This document shows, one piece after another, positions 1 through 11,270 of a DNA stretch of 64,000 nt. The position numbers and the translations under genes were made by a program. The notes under the pieces are model-generated. The model was not told the origin of the DNA and made no database searches. It worked only from the letters and a program-made list of their open reading frames with translations. The DNA is from Verrucomicrobiota bacterium (lineage in GTDB: Bacteria; Verrucomicrobiota; Verrucomicrobiia; Opitutales; Cerasicoccaceae), in NCBI GenBank assembly GCA_039818205.1, contig JBCBUK010000001.1, forward strand, positions 224,001 to 288,000, written 5' to 3'. Each line of letters opens with the position of its first letter. Position 1 is the first letter of the stretch.

Positions 1-224
1 ATCACCTGCCCTTTTTCCACGCGATCGCCTTCGTTGACCAGCAGTTCGGCCACGATCGGTTGACCCGCAGCACCCGTCGGAGCGGCCACATGAACGAGTC
101 CACCCTTGGGCACAATTAAGCCTTGGGCAGCCACCGAGTTATCGATAATCGCCCATGTTTGCCCTGTCACCAACCCAGCCATCAGGCCGAGGATTAGGAT
201 ACGGCCAAAAAATTTAATCCGCAT
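1..224 (-). CDS. HlyD/DevB-family efflux periplasmic adaptor, N-terminal part (runs off the window edge)
   Basis: Not in the ORF track. Manual translation from ATG at 224: MRIKFFGRILILGLMAGLVTGQTWAIIDNSVAAQGLIVPKGGLVHVAAPTGAAGQPIVAELLVNEGDRVEKGQV. Signal/anchor followed by the lipoyl-like motif VAELLVNEGDRVEKGQV of membrane fusion proteins. Confidence 0.8.
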   Translation of the reverse strand, partial: MRIKFFGRILILGLMAGLVTGQTWAIIDNSVAAQGLIVPKGGLVHVAAPTGAAGQPIVAELLVNEGDRVEKGQV

Positions 225-358
225 AAGGGGAGGAGGTTTAGACACCTTTTCTGCAAGTTAAAGGGAAAAAGCAGTGAGTTCGGCCATCTTTTCTTCGCAA
301 ATTGTCGAATCAAACGCCGATTCTTTGCCCATAAAACAGAAATCGGACGGTTTGCCCC

Positions 359-2575
359 CTACTCGCCCTCGAATTTGAATACGAGAACTGAGTGCCCCGG
401 TAAGGTGATTTCAATCGACTGCTCCAGCCCGTCCCAGTCACCGGGAATCGTGGCCACGCCGCCGCCATTGCCCGACCCTTCCCCGCCATAAACGTTCGCG
501 TTACTATTGATAATCTCCTTCCAGTGACCTGCGTGCGGAACTCCAATACGGAATCCGTGACGCAAAACGGGGGTGAAATTACCAATCACGGCAAATGTAT
601 CGGTTGGCTTCTCGCCATAACGAAGGAATGCGCTTACCGACATTTCCCAATAGCCGTCGGCATTGATCCACTCAAATCCCTCAGGAACAAGGTCGAACTC
701 CGCGAGGCTGGTATGTTTCCGGTAAACAGAATTCAGGTCGCGAACGAGCAGCTGGATACCTTGGTGGTCCATGTACTGAAGTAAGAACCACTGTAGTGAC
801 GAATCGTAGCGCCACTCCTCGGATTGGCCAAACTCCTGCCCCATGAACAAACACTTCTTGCCGGGCCACATCCACATCCAGGTGTATAGAGACCGGAGAT
901 CGCACGCCTTTTTGTGCATTTCATAACCGGCACCCATTTTGAGAATCATCGACCCTTTACCATGAACCACCTCATCGTGGCTAAACACCGTGATGAAGTT
1001 TTCGGAAAACTGGTAGAGCATCCCGAAGGTCAGATCGTTGTGGTGATACTTGCGATGGATTGGCTCGTGGCTGAAATACTGCAAAGTATCGTGCATCCAG
1101 CCCATGTTCCACTTGAGATCAAACCCAAGGCCGTCTTCTTCGATGCTCTTGGTGACTCCACTGAAGGAGGTCGATTCCTCGGCTAGCATTACCACCCCAG
1201 GATGATACTCGTGAACCAACTTATTGGTCTGCCGGAGGAACTCAATAGCGCCGATGTTTTCATTGCCTCCGTATTCATTCGGGATCCATTGCCCTTCTTC
1301 CCGCGAGTAATCGAGATAGAGCATGGAGGCCACCGCATCGACCCTCAGGCCGTCAATGTGGAAGCGCTCGCACCAGGCCAAGGCACTCGCGATGAGAAAA
1401 TTACGCACCTCGTGGCGGCCATAGTTAAAAATCAGCGTTCCCCAATCCATGTGCTCACCGAGCCGGGGATCCTCGTGTTCGTAAAGGTGCGAACCGTCAA
1501 ACTGCGCCAGCGCAAAAGCGTCCTTCGGAAAGTGAGCCGGGACCCAATCGATAATCACCCCGATCCCATGCTGGTGGAGATAATCAACCAGATACATGAA
1601 GTCCTGCGGCGCACCAAACCGGTGAGTCGGCGCAAAAAATCCAGTCACTTGATAACCCCATGAGCCATCAAACGGATGCTCTGCCAAAGGCATGAACTCG
1701 ACGTGGGTGAAGCCCATATCGATCACATACTTGGTCAGCTCGCTAGCCATCTCGCGGTAATTGAAAGGACGATTGCCATCTTCAGGCACCCGGCGCCAGG
1801 AACTCATATGCACCTCGTAAACCGACATCGGCTTCTTCTTCCAGTCGGACGTTGCACGTTCCTTGATCCAAGTTTTGTCATTCCACTTGAAATCACTGAT
1901 ATCCCAGACAATCGAGGCGTTGTGCGGCGGGGACTCAAAGTAGAAACCGTAAGGATCCGTTTTTAAACGAACCGCATCATCAACTCCGAGGATTTCAAAT
2001 TTGTATTTAGAGCCCACATCGACGCTGGGCAAAAACAGTTCCCAAACACCGGAACTGCCGAGGCGGCGCATCGGATGCCGTCGGCCATCCCAACGATTGA
2101 ACTCGCCCACCACGGAAACACGCTGAGCGCTTGGCGCCCAAACCGCAAAAGCCGTCCCCTGAACACCATCGTAGCGTTTAATGTGGGCTCCGAGAAGCTC
2201 ATAGATTTGGTGGTGATTTCCTTCGCCAAAAATATAGAGATCGTCCTCGCTCAGCGTCGGCAGGAAACAGTAAGGGTCCCAAAACTGGTGAATCTCGCCG
2301 TTGGCGGTTTCGGTGCGTAAACGATAATCAAAAGTCGTTTTTTGACCGGGAATAATCCCTTCGAACATCCCGTGTTCGCAAAGACGATTGAGCGGGTAGC
2401 GCTTATCCGAAGAAACGTCAACTACCTCGCAGCTGACTGCATCGGCAAGGAAGGCGCGTGCAACCAGGACTTCCTGGCCTTCGACCATTTCGAGGTGCAA
2501 CCCCAAATAATCATGAGGTGTGGCGTGACGTGCTTGAAGAAGGGAATCAAGGGCTTCCTGAGAGATAATCACCAT
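359..2575 (-). CDS. glgB: 1,4-alpha-glucan branching enzyme (GH13)
   Basis: 738 aa; motifs FAVWAP, YEVH, SWGYQ, DWVPAHF, GLRVDAVASMLY, AEES, SHDEVVHGK. Confidence 0.97.
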   Translation of the reverse strand: MVIISQEALDSLLQARHATPHDYLGLHLEMVEGQEVLVARAFLADAVSCEVVDVSSDKRYPLNRLCEHGMFEGIIPGQKTTFDYRLRTETANGEIHQFWDPYCFLPTLSEDDLYIFGEGNHHQIYELLGAHIKRYDGVQGTAFAVWAPSAQRVSVVGEFNRWDGRRHPMRRLGSSGVWELFLPSVDVGSKYKFEILGVDDAVRLKTDPYGFYFESPPHNASIVWDISDFKWNDKTWIKERATSDWKKKPMSVYEVHMSSWRRVPEDGNRPFNYREMASELTKYVIDMGFTHVEFMPLAEHPFDGSWGYQVTGFFAPTHRFGAPQDFMYLVDYLHQHGIGVIIDWVPAHFPKDAFALAQFDGSHLYEHEDPRLGEHMDWGTLIFNYGRHEVRNFLIASALAWCERFHIDGLRVDAVASMLYLDYSREEGQWIPNEYGGNENIGAIEFLRQTNKLVHEYHPGVVMLAEESTSFSGVTKSIEEDGLGFDLKWNMGWMHDTLQYFSHEPIHRKYHHNDLTFGMLYQFSENFITVFSHDEVVHGKGSMILKMGAGYEMHKKACDLRSLYTWMWMWPGKKCLFMGQEFGQSEEWRYDSSLQWFLLQYMDHQGIQLLVRDLNSVYRKHTSLAEFDLVPEGFEWINADGYWEMSVSAFLRYGEKPTDTFAVIGNFTPVLRHGFRIGVPHAGHWKEIINSNANVYGGEGSGNGGGVATIPGDWDGLEQSIEITLPGHSVLVFKFEGE

Positions 2576-2643
2576 ACCAACTGTAAAAACCCGGCAATCA
2601 AAGTAAAGCGTGTTCGAATCCTATTTGTAAGAACCATTTACGA

Positions 2644-2672
2644 TTGCACGGTCCGAAGCGAACGCGTACTAT
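2644..2672 (+). promoter_or_regulatory. sigma70-type promoter, leaderless geometry
   Basis: TTGCAC-N17-TACTAT-N6-ATG(2679); no Shine-Dalgarno. Confidence 0.6.
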
Positions 2673-2678
2673 TTTAGT

Positions 2679-3221
2679 ATGAAATTTCTCCTTTGTTTGA
2701 TAGTTGCTCTCCTCGCTTCCGTTTCGTCCTGGGGCGCTGCAAAAGCAGACTGGCAGTCAGTTAGCTGCAACGATGATCGCCTCACGCTGATGATGCCCGG
2801 CAAGCCCGTAAAGACGCAGAAGTCGGATAGCTCCATCGTCGGCAACGTGAAAAGCGTTTTGTATACAGTTAAATTCGAAGGTATCGGTGGCGTCACGGTT
2901 GATTGCTCCGATATCCCGGGAACTGCCCTATTCTTTGCGGGGGCTGATACCATATACAGCAACGCCAAAGGCAGCCTGCTCTCGAAGGTCCACGGCAAAA
3001 CTGATACCTGGACCGACATCAACATCGACGGCCACCAAGGAAAGAAGCTCACCTACCGGACGCCGCCCTCCAGCGGCCATCCCGGCTACACCGGAGAGGC
3101 TCAAATGTTCCTCATCGGAAATTACCTGTATATTATCTCCGTCCTCGAGATGACCGGTGAAGACACGATTACGGAAGACAAAGTGTTTGCCTCACTCAAG
3201 TTTAGCGATGCAAATGGTTAG
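2679..3221 (+). CDS. Exported hypothetical protein, possibly PsbP/Mog1/DcrB-like fold
   Basis: 180 aa; signal peptide MKFLLCLIVALLASVSSWG. The pattern W...MPGKP...IDGHQG...LIGNYLY...FASLKF resembles PsbP-like proteins (inference). Confidence 0.65.
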   Translation: MKFLLCLIVALLASVSSWGAAKADWQSVSCNDDRLTLMMPGKPVKTQKSDSSIVGNVKSVLYTVKFEGIGGVTVDCSDIPGTALFFAGADTIYSNAKGSLLSKVHGKTDTWTDINIDGHQGKKLTYRTPPSSGHPGYTGEAQMFLIGNYLYIISVLEMTGEDTITEDKVFASLKFSDANG

Positions 3222-3309
3222 CTCATTTTTATGAAGCCTGCCAATTGCTCATTAACATTTGTTTCTAAACATACTCGCGTCACTTATTCAGTAACGGAGG
3301 GAATCTGCC

Positions 3310-3597
3310 ATGGATGATGTTGGCAACCTACGCGCCCGCGCATGGATCGGCGATGCTGTCCTTGGGCTGTACGCCCGCAAATGGATATTGGCTCAAGTCG
3401 ACATCAAGGCTGAGAACCGGGCGCACGAGTTCATCGCAATGACAGCGAATGAGTTTCTCGCGTGTATTGGAGAACCAACCAAAATCGAAGCCGCAATCGG
3501 TGACCTCTACGAAAGCGAAGGGCTGGACGCCGCATTTAAGCACATCGAAGAAACGATTCTGCCTCTATACCAAAAGCAGCGCAAAAACCGCCGCTAG
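3310..3597 (+). CDS. Minimal RNase III-domain (Mini-III-like) protein
   Basis: 95 aa; AWIGDAVLGL resembles the RNase III/Mini-III signature and IEAAIGDLY resembles EAxIGAIY; no dsRBD; SD-like GGAGG upstream. Confidence 0.7.
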   Translation: MDDVGNLRARAWIGDAVLGLYARKWILAQVDIKAENRAHEFIAMTANEFLACIGEPTKIEAAIGDLYESEGLDAAFKHIEETILPLYQKQRKNRR

Positions 3598-3670
3598 TTT
3601 TCCGGCGATGGCGGTGTAAGGGTTTCTGAGATCATCCTACCAATACCTCAGAAACAACCTTAGGCCGATC

Positions 3671-4261
3671 ATGGGACAAAACTTTACCGACTTCGCTTTC
3701 TCAAATGCTGCACGCGAGCTCCAAGAACACTATGGATCGCGCAAGAGCTATAGCCGTATGGAGAACGGCCCCGACCGCTTCGTCCTGACACAACAGGAGG
3801 TCGATTTCATCCAGAGCCGCGACAGCTTTTACCTGAGCACGGTCGTCGAAAACGGCTGGCCCTACATGCAATTTCGCGGTGGTCCAGTCGGATTCATTAA
3901 CGTGCTTGATGAGCGAACAATCGGATTCGCTGACTACAAAGGAAATCGCCAATTCATCAGCGCAGGAAACATTCGCGACAACGGAAAAGCCATGCTCTTC
4001 ATGATGGACTATCCGCGCCGCGAACGGGTGAAAATTTGGGCGACTGCGAAACTCGTCCTCGCCGACGACGATCCTGAACTAGTTGCCCGGTTAACCGATC
4101 CCGAAATGGAACACGCCACCGAACGGGCCGTGCTGTTCTCTATCCAGGCCTACGATTGGAATTGCCCCAAATACATCCCGCAGAAATTCACCGTTGAAGA
4201 AATCGTAAACTCCCCGCAACTTCGCGAAGAGTTCCGAAAAATTTTGGCGCAGACTGAATAG
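3671..4261 (+). CDS. Pyridoxamine 5'-phosphate oxidase-like FMN-binding protein
   Basis: 196 aa; GWPYMQFRGGPVGF, FADYKGNRQFIS, YDWNCPKYIP. Confidence 0.88.
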   Translation: MGQNFTDFAFSNAARELQEHYGSRKSYSRMENGPDRFVLTQQEVDFIQSRDSFYLSTVVENGWPYMQFRGGPVGFINVLDERTIGFADYKGNRQFISAGNIRDNGKAMLFMMDYPRRERVKIWATAKLVLADDDPELVARLTDPEMEHATERAVLFSIQAYDWNCPKYIPQKFTVEEIVNSPQLREEFRKILAQTE

Positions 4262-4274
4262 CTTACGACTCAAT

Positions 4275-5954
4275 CTAGAGCCCACTTACAAGCATCTCCT
4301 CGGGGTGTTCAATCGAATAAACGAACGGCACAGCGGTAGTCGCTTTGCCGTCAACCTTGAGCCCCCATTCGATAAACTTCTCATTGGTCAGAACAAGTTC
4401 GTCGGTATCCTTCCCTGAGTATCGCGGCTCAATCAAACGAACTTCGATCTCTTCATCCGAGGCCATGGGAATTTGATCCCAGAGAACCATATCGATGGCA
4501 TCAGTACGATTGTTTTTAATCTCAAATTCATAGCGGTGAACCGTGCGGGTTCGTTTGGAAAATAGCCCTTCTGTGCCAGCTTCACCTTCAAGACTCTTAC
4601 GCTCCACTTGAACCGCTGGGTCGACGCCGAGATAGACCCAGAATTGCTCACTCGGAGCGACTAGTTCCAGCGGTGCTTTACCGACAAAATTTCCATCGAT
4701 AAATACGCTACCGGTTCCCGGTAACAACTGGGCTTGCGACTCGTTGGTCACGTTCGCCTTCAAGTAGACATGCGGAGACAATTTCGGCACGGCAGTATGA
4801 CGAAAGTGCGCCGCTGAATCAAAGCTCAGGATGGTCGCTATGACCGGTTGGCCATCCGCCGGTATCGAGACATCTCCCGGCACGTCGAAAACACTCGCAG
4901 TTACACCCGCCTGAACCGTTGCACCAGCAACTTTCATCGGAACTTCTCCGCCTTCGGCGTCCAATGATTCCCTAAAGCTATAATCGGCAAATCCAATTGT
5001 ATTTTCCATGCCGGAAAACTCTAATAGTTCCGATACATCTCCAACCGCGCGTGAACGCGGTTGACTCAGGACTTCGGGAGTATAGGGACCAATTCGCCAA
5101 GGAGTAAGCTCCGGCTCACGCCCACCGATTTGAGGCTGAGCAGTCGATAGGCTAAGGGATACGTTTGACCAATCCTCACCGGTATTTTGGCGCACATTCG
5201 CGCGATAAGAAATCGCTACCGATTTCGAATTGGAGTCGGCCCGGACCTGGTAGCTCGGGTGCCAACTAGGTCCGCGCACCTGATAAGCCAACTCAAGCAC
5301 TGCCCGCGTCGGATCCGACACCTCCAAGACCACAATCGCGTCAACTCGAACCCGATTCCGTTTCGCGTGATGTTGCTGAATCTGTTTCTCGATCTCAACG
5401 ATCCGTTCTTTTGTCTGCTTACGCTCGAATTCCAGGGCCAACACCTGCTCATCAAGCAGCCGGGCTTGCTTGGTCTGAAATGAAAGCATATCTGCCCATT
5501 GCTCCGGGTTCATCGCTGGCGCCGTGTCCGTTTGAGTCGGTGTCGTTGTTAGGCGTTTCCATATTGCGTCCAACGACTTGCGCTGCTGCTCGACACCGGA
5601 GAATGCGAGTTCAACTTTTCGCAGATTCTGCTGCAGGTCGTCTTTCTGCGTATAGAGCTTGCGCGCCATTTCGTCGACAACCTCAGAGAGGAATTCCCGC
5701 TTTATACGAATATCCTGCAGGGTTATTGTCCCCTGCCCCTCCAACTGAAGCGTCTCTGGGTCAACGTAAGCGGGTAGGTTTTCAAATCGAACCTGATGCA
5801 AACCCGGACCGAGCTCAAGAGAAGCAGAGCGCGTCACCTCCGCGCGATCCGAAAAAACCGTCACCGCAGTGATAGTCGAATCTACCCGGTGTTCTTCCGC
5901 TGAAAGATTCCCCAGGAGACAGATCAATGTTCCAACAATAGCAAGTTGTTTCAT
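4275..5954 (-). CDS. DUF4139/DUF4140 (MuiA-like) exported protein
   Basis: 559 aa; signal peptide, VTVFSDRAEVTR, coiled coil, SWHPSY, QNTGEDWSNVSLSLSTAQP, AVPKLS. Confidence 0.88.
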   Translation of the reverse strand: MKQLAIVGTLICLLGNLSAEEHRVDSTITAVTVFSDRAEVTRSASLELGPGLHQVRFENLPAYVDPETLQLEGQGTITLQDIRIKREFLSEVVDEMARKLYTQKDDLQQNLRKVELAFSGVEQQRKSLDAIWKRLTTTPTQTDTAPAMNPEQWADMLSFQTKQARLLDEQVLALEFERKQTKERIVEIEKQIQQHHAKRNRVRVDAIVVLEVSDPTRAVLELAYQVRGPSWHPSYQVRADSNSKSVAISYRANVRQNTGEDWSNVSLSLSTAQPQIGGREPELTPWRIGPYTPEVLSQPRSRAVGDVSELLEFSGMENTIGFADYSFRESLDAEGGEVPMKVAGATVQAGVTASVFDVPGDVSIPADGQPVIATILSFDSAAHFRHTAVPKLSPHVYLKANVTNESQAQLLPGTGSVFIDGNFVGKAPLELVAPSEQFWVYLGVDPAVQVERKSLEGEAGTEGLFSKRTRTVHRYEFEIKNNRTDAIDMVLWDQIPMASDEEIEVRLIEPRYSGKDTDELVLTNEKFIEWGLKVDGKATTAVPFVYSIEHPEEMLVSGL

Positions 5955-6037
5955 ACCGGTTTAGAACCCTCTCGTGCAACGAAGGTTCAATACCTGACAA
6001 CAAACTGACAAACTTCACGAAAACCTGAAATCCAGCC

Positions 6038-6322
6038 CTACATCCACACGGTAGGGTACAGGCGATTGGCGTCCGGGTGTTCGTTCTCGGCAAAGTAAAC
6101 GGCCATCCGCAGGTATGCGATGACATCGTCCTTAACGTCGGATTTTTTGACTTTGATCTCCGCCAGCAGCGACTCCGGCGAACGTCCAGACAGTTCGTAG
6201 ATCTGCTGTAGGCCAATGTCTAGCAGATGACGGGCAACATCGATCTTCATGCGCGGGATCCGCATAAACGCCGAACCCAATGCCTCATAATCCGTCTTCT
6301 TCTCTCGCTTCAAATTGGCCAT
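6038..6322 (-). CDS. Small helix-hairpin-helix protein (Cdd1/pathogenicity-locus family)
   Basis: 94 aa; IPRMKIDVARHLLDIG, LSGRSPESL, YLRMAVYFAE. Confidence 0.75.
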   Translation of the reverse strand: MANLKREKKTDYEALGSAFMRIPRMKIDVARHLLDIGLQQIYELSGRSPESLLAEIKVKKSDVKDDVIAYLRMAVYFAENEHPDANRLYPTVWM

Positions 6323-6457
6323 TGAAGCATAGTCTGCTTAGGACATGGCGATTTGAAAGCCGGAAGTTTAATTTGTCGAACAGTCAGGCAATAAATCCAC
6401 CAGCGTAGGTGGATTCGACGAATCGTTTTCCTATGTTGTGGCTAGACCACAGTGCCG

Positions 6458-6802
6458 TCAGATGCGCTTGCTTGACGACGCATGCGCCTCTTCGAAATAC
6501 CGACGCGAGCCGCCGGCGGTAATCGGCGAAGCACTCCCAGCGAAAATCATCGCTGTAGTGTTTGAACCAAAGATGGTCTTCCCAAAGCCATTAGATGCAT
6601 CGTTGAACTACCCTACCGATCCAAGCGTTGATCCGGTTGCTTCATTCGCGAATACATTCACGAAAGTCCCCCTCCCCGGCCCCTGATAGGTTACCGTCGC
6701 TGACGCGAAGGTTAGACTAACGACCACTGCTGACACCGGAATGCCCGTTAAGGCAACGCTTAATCGCGCCGCACTGTATCCAAGTTTTTGAGCCTTCTTC
6801 AT
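6458..6802 (-). pseudogene. Probable remnant of an exported protein gene, interrupted by an in-frame TAG
   Basis: MKKAQKLGYSAARLSVALTGIPVSAVVVSLTFASATVTY...GSVG, TAG at 6610-6608, then the frame stays open for 49 more codons (FNDASNGFGKTIFGSN...GGSRRYF) to TGA at 6460-6458. Confidence 0.4.
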
Positions 6803-6937
6803 CCCGATAGCCGATCTCGTTGAATGCGGGAAAATATGCCAAACTTGCCACCGCGCTGTCATGCGCAATAAACAGACGCTTAGTACTGCATTAACAAATC
6901 AGCGATTTTCTTTGGAATCACGTCAATCTCGCTAGTG

Positions 6938-7031
6938 TGTCACGCTCGGCAATGTCACAGTCGCAGGTGTGACAAGTGTGACAAAGTGCGCCACATTTAG
7001 GTCTCAAAAGTGTCCCACATATGAGTCTAGA
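6938..7031. promoter_or_regulatory. Cluster of repeats upstream of dnaK; candidate activator-binding sites
   Basis: TGTCAC at 6938 and 6953; GTGACA at 6969 and 6978 (TGTCAC-N10-GTGACA palindrome 6953-6974; GTGTGACAA tandem 6967-6984); imperfect 24-bp tandem repeat at 6984 and 7008 (17/24 identical). Confidence 0.5.
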
Positions 7032-7048
7032 ATTTTTATATCACTCAT

Positions 7049-7061
7049 AAACAAACACTTA
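7049..7061 (+). promoter_or_regulatory. IHF-like site
   Basis: AAACAA-ACAC-TTA, one mismatch to WATCAA-N4-TTR, in an AT-rich tract between the repeats and the -24/-12 element. Confidence 0.4.
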
Positions 7062-7078
7062 CAAAACATAAAGACGGA

Positions 7079-7095
7079 AGGCACACTTCATGCAT
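7079..7095 (+). promoter_or_regulatory. sigma54 (RpoN) -24/-12 promoter of dnaK-groES-groEL
   Basis: aGGCACacttcaTGCAt; GG(7080-7081)-N10-GC(7092-7093). Confidence 0.7.
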
Positions 7096-7105
7096 AAGGA
7101 TGACC

Positions 7106-9085
7106 ATGAGCAAAGTTTTAGGTATAGACTTAGGCACGACGAATTCCTGCATGGCAGTCATGGAGGGCGGGGAGCCCGTCGTGATTCCCAATAGCGAAGG
7201 TGCGCGTACCACGCCATCCGTAGTCGCATTCGCCAAGAATGGCGAGCGCTTGGTTGGCCAAGCTGCAAAGCGCCAGGCTATTACCAATCCCCACAACACG
7301 ATTTTTTCCGCAAAACGCCTGATCGGACGTAAGTTCACGGAAGTTCAGGAGGAATCCAAGCACCTTCCCTACAAGGTAGTCGAAGGAAAAAATGGTGATG
7401 CCCAAATTGAGGTTACCGTTAGCGGCGAATCCAAGCAACATGCGCCGGAAGAGATTTCCGCGATGATCCTCGGTAAACTGAAGGCAGACGCCGAAGCTTA
7501 CCTCGGGGAAACCATTAACCAGGCCGTTATCACGGTTCCTGCATACTTTAACAACCCAGAGCGCCAAGCCACTAAGGACGCCGGCAAAATTGCTGGTCTC
7601 GAAGTGCTTCGCGTTATCAATGAGCCAACCGCAGCGTCCCTCGCCTACGGCCTCGACAAGAAGTCCGACGAAACCATCGCCGTTTATGACCTCGGTGGTG
7701 GCACCTTCGATATCTCCATCCTTGAAATCGGTGATGGCGTCTTCGAAGTTAAGGCAACCAACGGTGACACCCACCTCGGTGGTGACAACTGGGACAGCGC
7801 GTTGATCAACTGGCTCAACGACGAGTTTAAGTCGCAAAACGACAGCAAGATTGATCTGTTGTCTGACCCAATGGCGAAACAACGCCTCAAGGAAGAAGCC
7901 GAGAAGGCCAAGATCGCCCTCTCCTCTTCTCAGTCGACCGACATCAACTTGCCGTTCATCACTGCAGACGACACGGGTCCGAAGCACTTGAACGTCACCC
8001 TCAGCCGGGCGAAGCTCGAACAGCTGACTGACGATTTGGCACAGCGCACAATCGTTCCATTCAAAAAGTGTTTGGAGGATGCTGACTTGTCCATGAGCGA
8101 GATCAACGACCTTGTATTGGTCGGTGGCATGACTCGCATGCCCAAGATTATCGACATCGCTAAGGGCCTTGCTGGCAAGGAGCCTCACAAGGGCGTCAAT
8201 CCGGATGAAGTCGTTGCGATCGGTGCGTCGATCCAAGGTGGTGTTTTGCAAGGCGACGTTAAGGACGTTCTCTTGCTCGACGTGACTCCGCTGACTTTGG
8301 CGATCGAAACCGCTGGTGGCGTGGCCACTCCAATGATCGAGCGCAATACCACCATTCCGACCAAGAAGTCTCAGGTGTTCTCCACCTATTCCGACAATCA
8401 GAATGCGGTCGATATTAAGGTGCTGCAAGGCGAACGCCCGATGGCGAACGATAACAAGCATTTGGGCAACTTCCGTCTGGACGGTATTCCACCGGCACCG
8501 CGCGGCATGCCGCAAATCGAGGTCACCTTCGACATCGACTCCAACGGTATTTTGCACGTCGGCGCCAAAGATAAGGCGACCAACAAGGAGCAAAAGATCT
8601 CTATCACTGGCGGAACCGGTCTCTCCGAAGAAGAAGTCGAGAAGGCCAAAGCGGAAGCAGAAGCTCACGCGGAAGAAGACAAGCAGCGCAAGGCATCTGT
8701 CGAAGCCCGCAATTTGCTGGATGGTCTCGTGTTCCAATCCGAGAAGCAACTCGGTGAGTTGGGCGACAAGCTCTCTGCGGACAAGAAAGCGCCAATCGAA
8801 GCCGCTCTGGCCGAAGGCAAGAAGGTTCTCGAAAACCAGGAAGCTTCCGCCGACGAGCTCAAAGCCGCTCACGACACGCTTCAAGAAGCCTTTGCTGCAG
8901 CCGCCCAGGAAATGTATGCGAATATGTCGCCTGAGGAACAAGCCGCCGCTCAACAGGCCGCAACTGAAGCCGCTGGCGCCGCCGGTGCCCCACCAGAAGG
9001 TGCTGCACCGACTGGTGAGACTCCCAAGAGCGATGACGACGATGTCGTGGACGCCGACTTCGAAGTTGTCGACGACAAGAAGTAA
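7106..9085 (+). CDS. dnaK: Chaperone DnaK (Hsp70)
   Basis: [42 protein letters not shown] tail. Start taken at MSKVLG (7106); alternative ATG at 7100. Confidence 0.99.
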   Translation: MSKVLGIDLGTTNSCMAVMEGGEPVVIPNSEGARTTPSVVAFAKNGERLVGQAAKRQAITNPHNTIFSAKRLIGRKFTEVQEESKHLPYKVVEGKNGDAQIEVTVSGESKQHAPEEISAMILGKLKADAEAYLGETINQAVITVPAYFNNPERQATKDAGKIAGLEVLRVINEPTAASLAYGLDKKSDETIAVYDLGGGTFDISILEIGDGVFEVKATNGDTHLGGDNWDSALINWLNDEFKSQNDSKIDLLSDPMAKQRLKEEAEKAKIALSSSQSTDINLPFITADDTGPKHLNVTLSRAKLEQLTDDLAQRTIVPFKKCLEDADLSMSEINDLVLVGGMTRMPKIIDIAKGLAGKEPHKGVNPDEVVAIGASIQGGVLQGDVKDVLLLDVTPLTLAIETAGGVATPMIERNTTIPTKKSQVFSTYSDNQNAVDIKVLQGERPMANDNKHLGNFRLDGIPPAPRGMPQIEVTFDIDSNGILHVGAKDKATNKEQKISITGGTGLSEEEVEKAKAEAEAHAEEDKQRKASVEARNLLDGLVFQSEKQLGELGDKLSADKKAPIEAALAEGKKVLENQEASADELKAAHDTLQEAFAAAAQEMYANMSPEEQAAAQQAATEAAGAAGAPPEGAAPTGETPKSDDDDVVDADFEVVDDKK

Positions 9086-9106
9086 GCTTCTAAGACACAA
9101 ACAAAT

Positions 9107-9146
9107 GCCATGCGACCCTTGCTAAATGTGGGCGCATGGCTTTTTT
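9107..9146 (+). terminator. Intrinsic terminator-like hairpin between dnaK and groES
   Basis: GCCATGCGACCC...GGGCGCATGGC followed by T6. Confidence 0.65.
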
Positions 9147-9204
9147 CCAGTCCAAGCAAATCAATTTCTAAAAATCACACCAAAAACCCATAAAATAACT
9201 AAAT

Positions 9205-9513
9205 ATGGCAACCGCAACCAAAGTGAAGATCAAGCCACTCGGCGACCGCGTTCTTATTCAAGCAGTCGAAGTGGACGAACAAGTCAAGGGTGGCATCATC
9301 ATCCCTGACTCCGCCAAGGAAAAGCCACAAGAGGCGAAGGTTATCGCTCTCGGCACTGGTGCGAAGGATGAGAACGGTAAGGCTCAACCATTCAACGTAA
9401 AGGTTGGCGACATCGTTATCGTTTCCAAGTATGGTGGCTCCGAAGTCAAGTTCGACGACGTGACCTACACACTTGTTCGCGAAGACGACATCCTCGGCGT
9501 TGTTGAAGGTTAA
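9205..9513 (+). CDS. groES: Co-chaperonin GroES
   Basis: [30 protein letters not shown]. Confidence 0.99.
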   Translation: MATATKVKIKPLGDRVLIQAVEVDEQVKGGIIIPDSAKEKPQEAKVIALGTGAKDENGKAQPFNVKVGDIVIVSKYGGSEVKFDDVTYTLVREDDILGVVEG

Positions 9514-9565
9514 TTGCTTGTCGGCAAATTAGCTCTTCAAAGCAAAGTTAACGATCTTAACATAA

Positions 9566-11230
<1,665 letters not shown>

Positions 11231-11270
11231 GCAGCCTCCCGTTGCATCCTTTGATCTAATCACAACTTTC

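Noticed and set aside
2611..2625. GTTCGAATCC resembling a tRNA T-loop (similar GTTCGAAG near 40010)
   Set aside because: No cloverleaf, acceptor stem or CCA context.
6880..6906. TTAGTACTG as a possible CIRCE
   Set aside because: Only a mismatched left half; no GAGTGCTAA 9 nt downstream.
6938..7031. Repeats as a CRISPR array or iterons
   Set aside because: Units are short, irregular and lack spacers; no cas or rep genes.
7130..9100. 656-aa antisense ORF over dnaK
   Set aside because: Well-known shadow of codon bias in hsp70 genes; no independent motifs.
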